32,000 bases of DNA from Horticoccus luteus (lineage in GTDB: Bacteria; Verrucomicrobiota; Verrucomicrobiia; Opitutales; Opitutaceae). Location: contig NZ_CP080507.1 of the NCBI RefSeq assembly GCF_019464535.1, positions 1,290,001 to 1,322,000 on the forward strand. The letters are read 5' to 3'. Below are positions 1-8,414 of the stretch, piece after piece. Every line of letters begins with the position of its first letter. Position 1 is the first letter of the stretch. The translations under genes were made by a program, and so were the position numbers. Under the pieces are notes generated by a model that saw only the letters and a list, made by a program, of their open reading frames with translations, made no database searches and was not told the origin of the DNA.

Positions 1-16
1 GCGTAAAGCTCGACGC

Positions 17-850
17 ATGACCGAACAGCAGACGCATGAGGACAACGTCCGCGCGAGCGCGGAGAAAATTCGCGCGGCGGCAGGCACCCTCGCGCCGAAA
101 CTCGCCCTCGTGCTGGGCTCGGGGTTGGGCGGACTGGCGGCGAGGGTCGAGGCGGCGGTGTCGATTCCGTATCGCGAACTGCCAGGCTTCCCCGTGCCGA
201 CGGTGGCGGGGCACGCAGGCACGCTCTCGATCGGCCGACTCAATGGGGTGCCGGTCATCGTGCTCAACGGGCGGAAGCATTTCTACGAGACGAACGATCC
301 GTATCCGTTGCGCACGATGGTGCGGGCGGTGAAGGCGGCGGGGGCGGAGACGCTTTTTCTATCCAATGCGGCCGGCAGCCTGCGCGCTCACATCAAGGTG
401 AGCGAACTCATGCTCATCACGGATCACATCAATTTTCTCGGACTCAATCCGCTCACGGGGCCGAATGATGAAGCGTTTGGTCCGCGGTTCACACCGGTGA
501 CGGACGCGTGGGATCCTGAACTCGCCGCGCGCGTGAAGGCGGTGGCGTGTGAGCAGGGGATCACGTTGCACGAGGGCGTCTATGTGGCGTTTCGCGGGCC
601 GACGTTTGAGACGCCCGCGGAGATCCGCATGGCGCAGGGCTGGGGCGCGGATGCGGTGGGGATGTCGAGCGTGCCCGAGTGTCTGATCGCGCGGCACTGC
701 GGGCTGAAAGTCGTGGGCGTGTCGTGCATCACGAACATGGGCGCGGGCCTGTCGGATGAAAAACTCTCGCACGCGCACACGCTCAAAAACGCCGCGCACG
801 GCGCGGGCGACTTCGAGCGTCTGGTGTTGGCGGCGGTGAAGGTGCTGTAA
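17..850 (+). CDS. punA: Purine nucleoside phosphorylase (trimeric PNP/PunA-type, inosine/guanosine family)
   Basis: 277-aa ORF with an ATG at 17. Family blocks read by eye: GSGLGGLA, GHAGTLSIG, NGRKHFYE, LSNAAGSL, FRGPTFETPAEIRM, GMSSVPE. Assignment by motif recognition only. Confidence 0.9.
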   Translation: MTEQQTHEDNVRASAEKIRAAAGTLAPKLALVLGSGLGGLAARVEAAVSIPYRELPGFPVPTVAGHAGTLSIGRLNGVPVIVLNGRKHFYETNDPYPLRTMVRAVKAAGAETLFLSNAAGSLRAHIKVSELMLITDHINFLGLNPLTGPNDEAFGPRFTPVTDAWDPELAARVKAVACEQGITLHEGVYVAFRGPTFETPAEIRMAQGWGADAVGMSSVPECLIARHCGLKVVGVSCITNMGAGLSDEKLSHAHTLKNAAHGAGDFERLVLAAVKVL

Positions 851-857
851 GGACCGG

Positions 858-878
858 CGCCGCGCAGGCCGCGCGGCG
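858..878. terminator. GC-rich hairpin between convergent genes (candidate bidirectional terminator, no U-tract)
   Basis: cgccgcgc-aggcc-gcgcggcg is a perfect 8-bp stem with a 5-nt loop. It fills the 29-nt gap between the stop at 848-850 (+) and the stop at 880-882 (-). No flanking T/A run, so it is not a canonical intrinsic terminator. Confidence 0.3.
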
Positions 879-879
879 A

Positions 880-1320
880 TCAGCGTTTCACCGGCTTCGC
901 GGTTGCACGACCGGCCTGGCTGACGGCGTGGGCGAACGAGCCGACGCCGAACAGCAGCAGCAGCGCGCCGATGGGGACCAGGACTACACCAAGGCCTGGA
1001 TCGCCTTCGTGCACAGTCACGCCGCCGAGCAGAAAGCCGATCGGCAAAAGGACGCTGCCCCAGAGGAGCGAGAGCGAGGCGGCGCGGGTGAAATTGATGC
1101 CGGCGACGGTGCGGAGCGTGAGGGCGACGGCAATGTTGACCACGGCGAAGAGCGTGCCGTGGGCATGCGCGAGCGTGAACATGAGCCGGCGCATCTCGTT
1201 GCTCACGTCGAGATACCAGCCGATTTTGAAACCGTGCAGCGTCTCGAGGACGACGCCGAGGGCGAGAAAGCTGAAGAGGGACCACCAGCCAAAGCGGAGA
1301 TGTCGGTCGGAGAAATTCAT
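880..1320 (-). CDS. Small integral membrane protein (about 4 TM helices, His-bearing), function unknown
   Basis: 146 aa with an ATG at 1320. Four hydrophobic stretches and histidines in or near helices (ETLHGFK, LAHAHGTL, TVHEGD, FAHAV). Begins 30 nt after the stop of the upstream octaheme cytochrome on the same strand. Confidence 0.7.
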   Translation of the reverse strand: MNFSDRHLRFGWWSLFSFLALGVVLETLHGFKIGWYLDVSNEMRRLMFTLAHAHGTLFAVVNIAVALTLRTVAGINFTRAASLSLLWGSVLLPIGFLLGGVTVHEGDPGLGVVLVPIGALLLLFGVGSFAHAVSQAGRATAKPVKR

Positions 1321-1350
1321 GGGGAGCGAGAGCGGGCGAGGCGGCGGCGG

Positions 1351-3282
1351 TTATTCGGCGATGAAAACTTTGCGTTGATCGCGCAGGTTGAGGAGGCGGT
1401 CGAAGACGTCCTGGCGGAACATGCCGGTCGGATCGAGAATGGTTTCCGGAGGATAAAGCGAGTTGGGGCCGCGGACCTTGAACCACCATTGGCGGTAGGC
1501 TTCAGTGACGGACTCCTTTTGCGTGGCGTCGTCAGCGACGTAATCGAACTTGAAGCCCTCGAAGCCGGGAAGGGATTGCAGGGTTTTCCAGGCGCCGTAG
1601 CGGACGACGGCGTAAGGGTCGTTGAGTTCGAAGATGGCAAAGGGATAGAGCCAGTCGCGACCGGAGGCCTGTTGCGCGGGCGCCCAACCCATGGCGAGGA
1701 CCGCGATGGCGCGCTGGCGGGCGTCGCCCTTGAGGACCCATTGGACGCCGGTGGCGATCTGATGATCCTCTGCGGTCAACGTGGGCACGGGCTGACCATA
1801 CCACTGCGAAAGTTTGTCGGCGGTCCACGCGAGGGTTTGGTTAAGGTGGCAGAGATTGCAGGCGTTGGGGCGACCGATTTCGGCGGTTTCAGCGGCGGTG
1901 GGCGAAGAGATCTGGTGACTGCGCGTTGCTTTGAGCAGGCCGTAAATTGTTTTCGGCATGTGGCAGTTGTAACAATTGCTGCCTTCTGAACTGGCGGCGT
2001 GGTGGGTGTGAGCGACGAGGGCGGCCTCGGTGGTTTTTTCGCGGTGGCACTGGACGCAGGCGTGGTTGGTATCGGCGCCGGGTTTCTTCTGGCTGGTGTC
2101 GGCCCAGTTGGCGAGGGAGGCGGCGTCGGTCTTCGCCGGATGCATCTCGTGGCAGGAAATGCAGGAGTAGTGCTGGCCCTTGTAGCATGGCGAGGCCATG
2201 AGGGCGTTGAGCTCGCGGCCGATGACGCGCACCATGCCGTCGGGCCAGAACTGGTCCGCGAAGAAGTGGGCGTCGGTCTGGTTGAGAGCGGCTCGTTCGG
2301 CGGCGTGATCATCGCCGTGCGGCTGCGCGACCCAGCGCAAATCGAGGTCCTTCTGGCCGGGCCGGTATTTGCTGCCGGATTCGTTCCACGTGCGATGATC
2401 GGCGGGGTTTTTATAAACCCAGATGCTGTGACACTGACCGCAGACGAGCGACGACTCCGGGCCGGTCATGCGCGCCGGATTCGCGATGGTGGAGTCGGCG
2501 CCGCCGAGCAAGTGAAGGGTGAAGCGGCGAAGGGGGTTGCGGTTGGCTTCGATGTGTTCGCGGCCGCCGGCGTGGCAGGCTTCGCAGGCGATGCCGAAAT
2601 CGACGGCGCGCGAATCAAATTTGCCGTCGGCGAGCGGCAGGGAACGGCCTTGGGTGACGTGGCAGTTCATGCACGAGACGTTCCAGTCGCCTTGGGAATA
2701 CAACGCTTCCTCGCGATCGGGCGGGACGAGGAAGGTGTGTTGAACAGGCGTCCAACGTTTATCCTCGACCATGTAGGCGAGGGGAAACTGGCCGAGGGTG
2801 CGCTTCTCGCCGGTTTCGAGCCAAAGGATTTGCAGATGATGCGAACCGGTGAGCATCACGATCTGCTGAGGTTTGCCAAAGGCGGAGGCGGGTGCGCCGG
2901 TGGGTTTCGAACGCACGAAGAAGTTCTCACCGTCGCGGTCCACGTGGAAGTCTTTGCCCGCGTAGGAAAGGTCGAGCCCATCCATGCCAGGCGGGACGGT
3001 CTGGCGGTTGGCGACCTGCGTCATCGTGCGGTGATACGAGGCGTGCCAGCTCGCGTAATTACCGGGGTGGCACGAGCGGCAGGAGTCGGAGGAAACGTAG
3101 TCGGAGGCGAGCGTCTTGATGGGGCGGTTCGCGGGAGGGCCGTCGTTGCGCAAGCCGGCCTGGACGGTGAAGACGACAACAACAGCGAGCCAGAGACCGC
3201 CGATCAGCACGAGCCGCCCGGACCACGACGAGAAGAAACGTCGAAAGCCAGAATGAGGGGCGGGCGACGGTGAACTGGACAC
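1351..3282 (-). CDS. Membrane-anchored octaheme c-type cytochrome with C-terminal helical (HEAT-like) region
   Basis: 643 aa with a GTG start at 3282. N-terminal hydrophobic anchor (LVLIGGLWLAVVVVFTV). Eight CxxCH motifs: CRSCH, CMNCH, CEACH, CGQCH, CISCH, CVQCH, CYNCH, CNLCH. The last ~160 aa are heme-free and helix-like. Confidence 0.9.
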   Translation of the reverse strand: MSSSPSPAPHSGFRRFFSSWSGRLVLIGGLWLAVVVVFTVQAGLRNDGPPANRPIKTLASDYVSSDSCRSCHPGNYASWHASYHRTMTQVANRQTVPPGMDGLDLSYAGKDFHVDRDGENFFVRSKPTGAPASAFGKPQQIVMLTGSHHLQILWLETGEKRTLGQFPLAYMVEDKRWTPVQHTFLVPPDREEALYSQGDWNVSCMNCHVTQGRSLPLADGKFDSRAVDFGIACEACHAGGREHIEANRNPLRRFTLHLLGGADSTIANPARMTGPESSLVCGQCHSIWVYKNPADHRTWNESGSKYRPGQKDLDLRWVAQPHGDDHAAERAALNQTDAHFFADQFWPDGMVRVIGRELNALMASPCYKGQHYSCISCHEMHPAKTDAASLANWADTSQKKPGADTNHACVQCHREKTTEAALVAHTHHAASSEGSNCYNCHMPKTIYGLLKATRSHQISSPTAAETAEIGRPNACNLCHLNQTLAWTADKLSQWYGQPVPTLTAEDHQIATGVQWVLKGDARQRAIAVLAMGWAPAQQASGRDWLYPFAIFELNDPYAVVRYGAWKTLQSLPGFEGFKFDYVADDATQKESVTEAYRQWWFKVRGPNSLYPPETILDPTGMFRQDVFDRLLNLRDQRKVFIAE

Positions 3283-3380
3283 GGCGTTGAAAGAAGCGGG
3301 TGCGGCGACGGAGTGAAGCCTTTTTGCACCGGCGGCGGAGCAGACTTGAAGTGCGCGCGGCGGCGGCGTGACAGTGCGGC

Positions 3381-4088
3381 ATGGGCGCTCCCAAATTGAC
3401 GCTGGGCTTCGATGCCGACGATACGCTGTGGCACAACGAAACGATCTTCGAGGCGGTGCATGAGCGTTACCGGGCGCTGCTGGGGCGTTATCACGACACG
3501 GAGACGGTGGACCGCACGTTGTTTGCGACGGAGATGCGCAACCTCGAACTCTACGGCTATGGGGTGAAAGGGTTCACGTTGTCCGCGGTGGAGACGGCGA
3601 TTGCGTTGACGGACGGAAAGATTCCGGCTGCGGAAATTCAGCAACTGATCGAGTCGGGGCGGGAGATGCTGGCGCATCCCGTGGAGTTGCTGGAGGGCGT
3701 GGCGGAGACGGTCGCGGCGCTTGCGGCGGAGTATCGGCTGTTGTTGATCACGAAAGGCGATCTGCGGGATCAGGAGCGCAAACTGGCGAAGTCCGGACTG
3801 GCGGAGAATTTCGCGGCGGTGGAGATTTTATCGGAAAAGGATGAGGCGACCTATGCCGCGGTGCTGCGACGGCACGCGGTCGCGCCGGAGCATTTCGTGA
3901 TGATCGGAAACTCGTTGAAGTCGGACATCCTGCCGGTGCTCGCGCTCGGCGGCGCCGGCGCGCACATCCCGTATCATCTGACGTGGGCCGCGGAGCGGGT
4001 GGAGACGGCGCCGGCGGCGAATGGGCGTTTTCGCCAATTGGAGCACATCCGTGAATTGCCGGCGGCGATCACGCAGTGGCCGACTTGA
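3381..4088 (+). CDS. HAD-superfamily hydrolase/phosphatase
   Basis: 235 aa. HAD motif I DxDxT (FDADDTLW), motif II (LLLITKG), motif IV-like GNSLKSD. Substrate not inferable. Confidence 0.85.
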   Translation: MGAPKLTLGFDADDTLWHNETIFEAVHERYRALLGRYHDTETVDRTLFATEMRNLELYGYGVKGFTLSAVETAIALTDGKIPAAEIQQLIESGREMLAHPVELLEGVAETVAALAAEYRLLLITKGDLRDQERKLAKSGLAENFAAVEILSEKDEATYAAVLRRHAVAPEHFVMIGNSLKSDILPVLALGGAGAHIPYHLTWAAERVETAPAANGRFRQLEHIRELPAAITQWPT

Positions 4089-4109
4089 GACGGCGGCGCG
4101 CGGGATCGA

Positions 4110-6074
4110 TCAGGTGCGGGGAAACCAATGGTTGCGGCGCGCTTCGCGACCGGCGTCGGTGTCCGCGCAACGTGTGACGAGCGCCTTGTAGAAACGGTCG
4201 GCGGCGAGCGGATCGCGGGCGTTCAACCAACCGCCGGCTTCCTCGAGAAGAGCGGCGAGTTCGGCGGAGTTGTCGGGCAAGAGTTGGGCGGCCTCCCACG
4301 CGAGATCGGCGGCGCGATAACGATAGTGATAACGCCGCTGCGGGCGGGTGTCAGACGCGAGAGCGCGGGCGGCTTCGTCGTCGGACGGAAGCGAGGCGCC
4401 GCCGGCGGCGTTGCGCGTGGCGAGGAAGCTCTCGCCGTTGAAATTGCCATCCCAGATGGCGAAGTCGGGCGCGAGTTCGGTGCCGCGCAACTCAAGGCCG
4501 TGGGTGCGGAGAATCGTGGCGGCGCGCCAGAGCGCGAGCCCGCGCGCCGTGGCGGGGCGGGCGGAGTCGTGGCCGGCGGCGAGGGCGAGTTCGAACTGCG
4601 CGAGTTCGCGGGCGCAATCGGGGCTGAGATAGGCGCGCGCTTCGGCGAAGCGGTCGACGCGCACGAGACGGCGGCCGAGGAGCGAATGCAGCGATGACGT
4701 GAAATCGGCGTCGCCGGACGAGTTGGCTGGCGAAGGCAGGGCGGACACGAACGCGACCAATTCGTCGAGCGTAAGCACGCGTTCGGCGATATAGGCGGCG
4801 TCTTCCCAATAGCCGGCGTGCAGCAGGAGGCGGAGGGCCTCGGTGTAGTCGCGGCGGGCGACGCAGAGCGTGGCGAATTCGCCGGCGAGGGTGCGGGTGC
4901 CGGCGGCATCGTCGAACACGCGGGCGTCTTCGTGCACGAGCGCGGCAAGCAGCGCGGTGGCCTGGTCGATGCGGCCGTCGCGCAGCGCGAGTTTGGCGCG
5001 GAGCCAGCGGGCGTCCGGCGCATCGGCCGGAGCCAAGGCAAGCCAGCGGGCGCAGGCGGTGTAATCGGCGGCGTTGTAAGCGGTGAGCGCGAAGCGGCTG
5101 GCTTCGGTGGCGGAGGCGACGTGAGCGTTTTCCAAGGCGCCGAGCCAGCGGTGCGCGCCATCGGAGTCAGGGTCGCCGTTGAGCGGGCCAGCCTGGCTGG
5201 TGGAGCACACCGAGCGGCCGCACTCAAGCAGGCTCGCGGTGATGAGGCCGCGCGTGGCGGGATCGGCGGCGAAGTTGGCCAGCACGGCCGGCGAGCGATC
5301 GGCGAGCGCGGCCGCGGCGGTGAAACGCAGGGAGTTGAGCGCACTCGGGTGACCGCTCGCGTAATGGGCGAGATAGAGCCGGGCCGCGGGAAGCCATTCG
5401 GCCGCGAGGAAATGCACTTTTGCCTCTTCGCCGAGACTGGCGGCCGCGAGGCCGGCGCGGTCGATGAATCCTTGGCGGACGAATTCACGGGTTTGCGCGA
5501 AACGCGCCAGCGCTTCGCTGCGTTCGCCGGCGGCGGCCGCGAGGCGACCCAGCATGAACGCCGCCCAAACGGTTTTGAACGGCCGCTGTTTGACGGGAAG
5601 AGCGAGGACGGCGAGGAATGCCTCGCGGGCGTCGCGAGCACGGCCCTCGTGAAACGCGAGCGCGCCGTCGAGGTAGAGAGAGAATTCGCGCGGAAGCTCG
5701 GCGAACGGGTGCTCCGGATCGGCCGTGGACCACAAAGGACTCCACGCGCGGTCGCGGTGTTGAAACATTTCCATGCGCCGGGCGGTGTAACGCCGGAGCA
5801 CCGCGGGCGAGGCGCCGGTGGCGGCGAGATCCTGCAGTTCAGCCGTCAGGACATCGGAGGAGGACGTGTCGTCACTGGCGGGAGGCGACGCGGTGAACTC
5901 GGGCTTGGGCAGCGCGGCGCGCGCGAGGGCGGACTCGAAGCGGAGCGACGGCGTGGAGAGGAGGCCGGCGTCGCCTTGGTTGATGATGGTATCGGGAAAA
6001 TACGGACCGCAGGCGAGCGCAGCGACGGGGAGGCCGAGCGCGAGGAGCAACGTTTTAGGGACGAGAGGAAACAT
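4110..6074 (-). CDS. Predicted lipoprotein, large alpha-helical/TPR-like repeat protein, function unknown
   Basis: I take the ATG at 6074 as the start, giving MFPLVPKTLLLALGLPVAALAC|GPYFP (signal peptide plus lipobox Cys). The track ORF extends to 6188, but those extra 38 aa are Arg/Pro-rich and overlap the upstream gene. The remainder is Ala/Leu/Arg-rich and helical. No catalytic motif recognised. Confidence 0.75.
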   Translation of the reverse strand: MFPLVPKTLLLALGLPVAALACGPYFPDTIINQGDAGLLSTPSLRFESALARAALPKPEFTASPPASDDTSSSDVLTAELQDLAATGASPAVLRRYTARRMEMFQHRDRAWSPLWSTADPEHPFAELPREFSLYLDGALAFHEGRARDAREAFLAVLALPVKQRPFKTVWAAFMLGRLAAAAGERSEALARFAQTREFVRQGFIDRAGLAAASLGEEAKVHFLAAEWLPAARLYLAHYASGHPSALNSLRFTAAAALADRSPAVLANFAADPATRGLITASLLECGRSVCSTSQAGPLNGDPDSDGAHRWLGALENAHVASATEASRFALTAYNAADYTACARWLALAPADAPDARWLRAKLALRDGRIDQATALLAALVHEDARVFDDAAGTRTLAGEFATLCVARRDYTEALRLLLHAGYWEDAAYIAERVLTLDELVAFVSALPSPANSSGDADFTSSLHSLLGRRLVRVDRFAEARAYLSPDCARELAQFELALAAGHDSARPATARGLALWRAATILRTHGLELRGTELAPDFAIWDGNFNGESFLATRNAAGGASLPSDDEAARALASDTRPQRRYHYRYRAADLAWEAAQLLPDNSAELAALLEEAGGWLNARDPLAADRFYKALVTRCADTDAGREARRNHWFPRT

Positions 6075-7326
6075 GGACGGAGGTGGGCGGAGAGGAAAAG
6101 CGGACCCAGCCGAGAGAGCGGCGTTCGCCGGGGGCGAGCGCGAGCGCCGGCGCCTGCCACACGAGAGAGGCGGGGGTTTCGTGGGCAAGATGAGCCGGCG
6201 GCAGGGCGTCGGCGGCGAGGCGTTGCGCCCCGGTCCAGGCGAGCGTGGCGTGAACAGGCGCGGCGAAATCGTCGTCGCCGGTGTTGGTGGCGCTGAGTTC
6301 GAGCAAGCCGTCGGCGGAGAAATGCGTTTCGAGGGAGAGCTGCGCCAGCGGCGCGCGGCCCGCCATCACGGCGCGGAGGGTGGGCCAGCGCCAGTTGCGT
6401 TGATCGCCTGCGACGGGCAGGCGATACCAGATGATGCCGGTGAGCGAAGCCGGGTGGCGCGTGGTCCAATCGGCGACGAGCGCGGCGAGGGCGGTGGGAT
6501 CGGCGCGCAGTTCACGCACCACGACGTTGGCCGGCCAATCGGGGGCCGGGCCTTCGGCTGAGAGTCCGACGAATTTGCCGTCGGGCGTGGTCGCGACTGC
6601 GTAGCCGTAAGTGGGAAGCGCGACGCGGAAAGGGACGTTGACGCGCGCGGCACGGAGAACGGCACGGCGCGCCGCGACCGGATCGCACAACGGCGGTAGA
6701 TCGCCTTGGGCGGAGCCGGGACGGCTGAGCGAGTGAACTTGGAGAACGAAGCCGTCAGCGGAGTGAGCGAGAGCGGAGAAATCGTCGAGCTGCGCGAGCC
6801 ACGCAGGCAAGGCGGTGAACGTGAGCGCGGTGCCGAGGTGCGCGTCGCGCACGGTTTGCAGCCACTGGCGATAGCCGCCGAGCTGGCGTTCGCCGGCGTC
6901 GAAATCGAGTTGAAGTTCCGCGGGGGCGAGGCCAACTGCGCGCGCATCGTCGAGAAGCGATCGGGCGAGCGTGAGGATTGATTGCGCAGCGGGAGCGTCG
7001 GCGAGAAACGATCCGTGATAGCCGCGGATGCGGAGCGCGAGGCCGAGCGAGGGGACGGTCGCGAGGGTGGAGTAATCCAGGTTGATGCGCGTGATGACGG
7101 GGGTGTCGCCTCGCCAGTCGATTTCGGCGGCGAGCACGACGAGGCGGGAGAAATCGGGTGCGTGGGCGGTCACCGCGGCGGCGACGGCGGGCGAATGGAC
7201 GCGTTGCCAGACGTAGGCGGACGAGCGGAGTGGAGCGGACGACGCTGGCGGCGCCGGTCGGCAACTCGTCGCAAGGCCGCAGGCAACCGCCAGCGCGCCG
7301 AGAAAAAACACGAGCGGGAGGCGCAC
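6055..7326 (-). CDS. Predicted lipoprotein, reminiscent of the DUF3142 family, with C-terminal beta-rich extension
   Basis: 423 aa with a GTG start at 7326. N-terminus MRLPLVFFLGALAVAC|G (lipobox). The SSAYVWQR...LVVLAAEIDW...LQLDFD...FVLQVHS pattern resembles DUF3142-type proteins, recalled from memory and not searched. Its 3' end overlaps the next gene start by 20 nt. Confidence 0.7.
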   Translation of the reverse strand: MRLPLVFFLGALAVACGLATSCRPAPPASSAPLRSSAYVWQRVHSPAVAAAVTAHAPDFSRLVVLAAEIDWRGDTPVITRINLDYSTLATVPSLGLALRIRGYHGSFLADAPAAQSILTLARSLLDDARAVGLAPAELQLDFDAGERQLGGYRQWLQTVRDAHLGTALTFTALPAWLAQLDDFSALAHSADGFVLQVHSLSRPGSAQGDLPPLCDPVAARRAVLRAARVNVPFRVALPTYGYAVATTPDGKFVGLSAEGPAPDWPANVVVRELRADPTALAALVADWTTRHPASLTGIIWYRLPVAGDQRNWRWPTLRAVMAGRAPLAQLSLETHFSADGLLELSATNTGDDDFAAPVHATLAWTGAQRLAADALPPAHLAHETPASLVWQAPALALAPGERRSLGWVRFSSPPTSVHVSSRP

Positions 7327-7503
7327 GCGGCGAGTGAGTGATGCGCGACCGCGCGCAACAAGTGCGAAGCAGAAAACTTACTCACAACGCGGTGTGGTTC
7401 CGCGAGAGCGTCGGAAGTCCGGGGCGCACAGAGGGGCTGAACTTCGGGGACGGATGTTTGCGGTCGCTTGTGTCGGTGGCGGGAGTGCGCATCGTGGACG
7501 GTA

Positions 7504-8304
7504 ATGCAGCGGTTCCGGATCATGACGTTCAACATCGCTCACGGGCGGGGATTGTCGCCGATTCAGGGGCTGAGTTCGCGGCGGAAGGTGCTGGCGAACC
7601 TGCGGCGGATCGGGGCGTTATTGCGCGAGTTGAAGCCGGATGTGGTGGCGTTGCAGGAGATCGATGAGCGGTCGCGGTGGTCGGGGAATTTCGATCACTT
7701 GGAATTTCTGCGCGAGGAAGCGGGAATTCCGCATGGGGTGTTTGGCATCAACACGCGGCGCGCGGGGCTTTTTAACCTCAGTTACGGCAACGCGATTTTA
7801 TCGCGGCATCCGATCAAGGCGTCGGAAAACATCGTGTTCGGGCAACGGACGGTGGGTGAAAAAGGGTTTCTCTTTGCGGAGATCGATTACCACGGGCGGA
7901 TGCTGCCGGTGATCAACCTTCACTTGCATCACGGGTCGCGCGTGCAGCGGCATGCACAGGTGGAAAAGTTGTGGGAATGGCTCGGGGTGAAGCATCGCGA
8001 GCACCATCCTCGCTGGTTGTCGCCGCCGATCGTGTGCGGGGATTTCAATAATCCGCGAGGTGGGTCGGGGGCGACGGAGAAACTGTGGGCGCACCTGCGG
8101 GCGGAGTTTGGCGATTATGCGCTGCATCCGATGACGGGGCGGACGTTTCCGTCGCCGCTGCCGGGGCGGACGCTGGACTTTATTTTCCTGCCGCCGGCGT
8201 GCTGCGAGTCGTCGTGCGAGATTGTGCGCGCGTGGTTGTCGGACCACCGCCCGGTGGTGGTCGATTTCCAGGTGGCGGATGCGCGCGCGGCGAAAGCCGA
8301 GTGA
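7504..8304 (+). CDS. Endonuclease/exonuclease/phosphatase (EEP) family protein
   Basis: MQRFRIMTFNIAHG, VVALQEID, CGDFN and SDHRPV are the classical EEP catalytic blocks. ATG at 7504 preferred over the upstream start at 7468. Confidence 0.85.
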   Translation: MQRFRIMTFNIAHGRGLSPIQGLSSRRKVLANLRRIGALLRELKPDVVALQEIDERSRWSGNFDHLEFLREEAGIPHGVFGINTRRAGLFNLSYGNAILSRHPIKASENIVFGQRTVGEKGFLFAEIDYHGRMLPVINLHLHHGSRVQRHAQVEKLWEWLGVKHREHHPRWLSPPIVCGDFNNPRGGSGATEKLWAHLRAEFGDYALHPMTGRTFPSPLPGRTLDFIFLPPACCESSCEIVRAWLSDHRPVVVDFQVADARAAKAE

Positions 8305-8313
8305 GGCGCGCGG

Positions 8314-8396
8314 TGAGGAGGAACGCGAACGAGAGGGCAGCGGGGGAAAGAGAAAGACAAAGCGGGAAGAGAAAGATTTGCGGGGAGGCGGGGCGG
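8314..8396 (+). other. Polypurine (G/A) tract in the EEP-trpA intergenic region
   Basis: By hand count about 69 of 83 nt on the + strand are purines (gaggaggaacgcgaacgagagggcagcgggggaaagagaaagacaaagcgggaagagaaag...). It lies between the stop at 8304 and the trpA ATG at 8415. Confidence 0.6.
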
Positions 8397-8414
8397 TGTG
8401 TTGGGTGAGAGGGC

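Noticed and set aside
928-3273. Long plus-strand ORFs (928..1989, 353 aa; 1999..3273, 424 aa) opposite the membrane protein and octaheme cytochrome genes
   Set aside because: Their Gly/Ala/Arg/Glu/Val-rich composition is typical of antisense frames in GC-rich DNA and they carry no recognisable motifs. The minus-strand frame carries eight CxxCH motifs and is clearly the real gene.
4818-6296. 492-aa plus-strand ORF and several other frames overlapping the lipoprotein genes
   Set aside because: Low-complexity Gly/Arg/Ala/Glu translation with no motifs. It mirrors a minus-strand gene that has a proper lipoprotein signal peptide.
8305-8414. Classical trp leader-peptide attenuator or T-box upstream of trpA
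   Set aside because: There is no short ORF with tandem Trp codons, no alternative terminator/antiterminator hairpins, and no T-box specifier architecture. The region is simply purine-rich.
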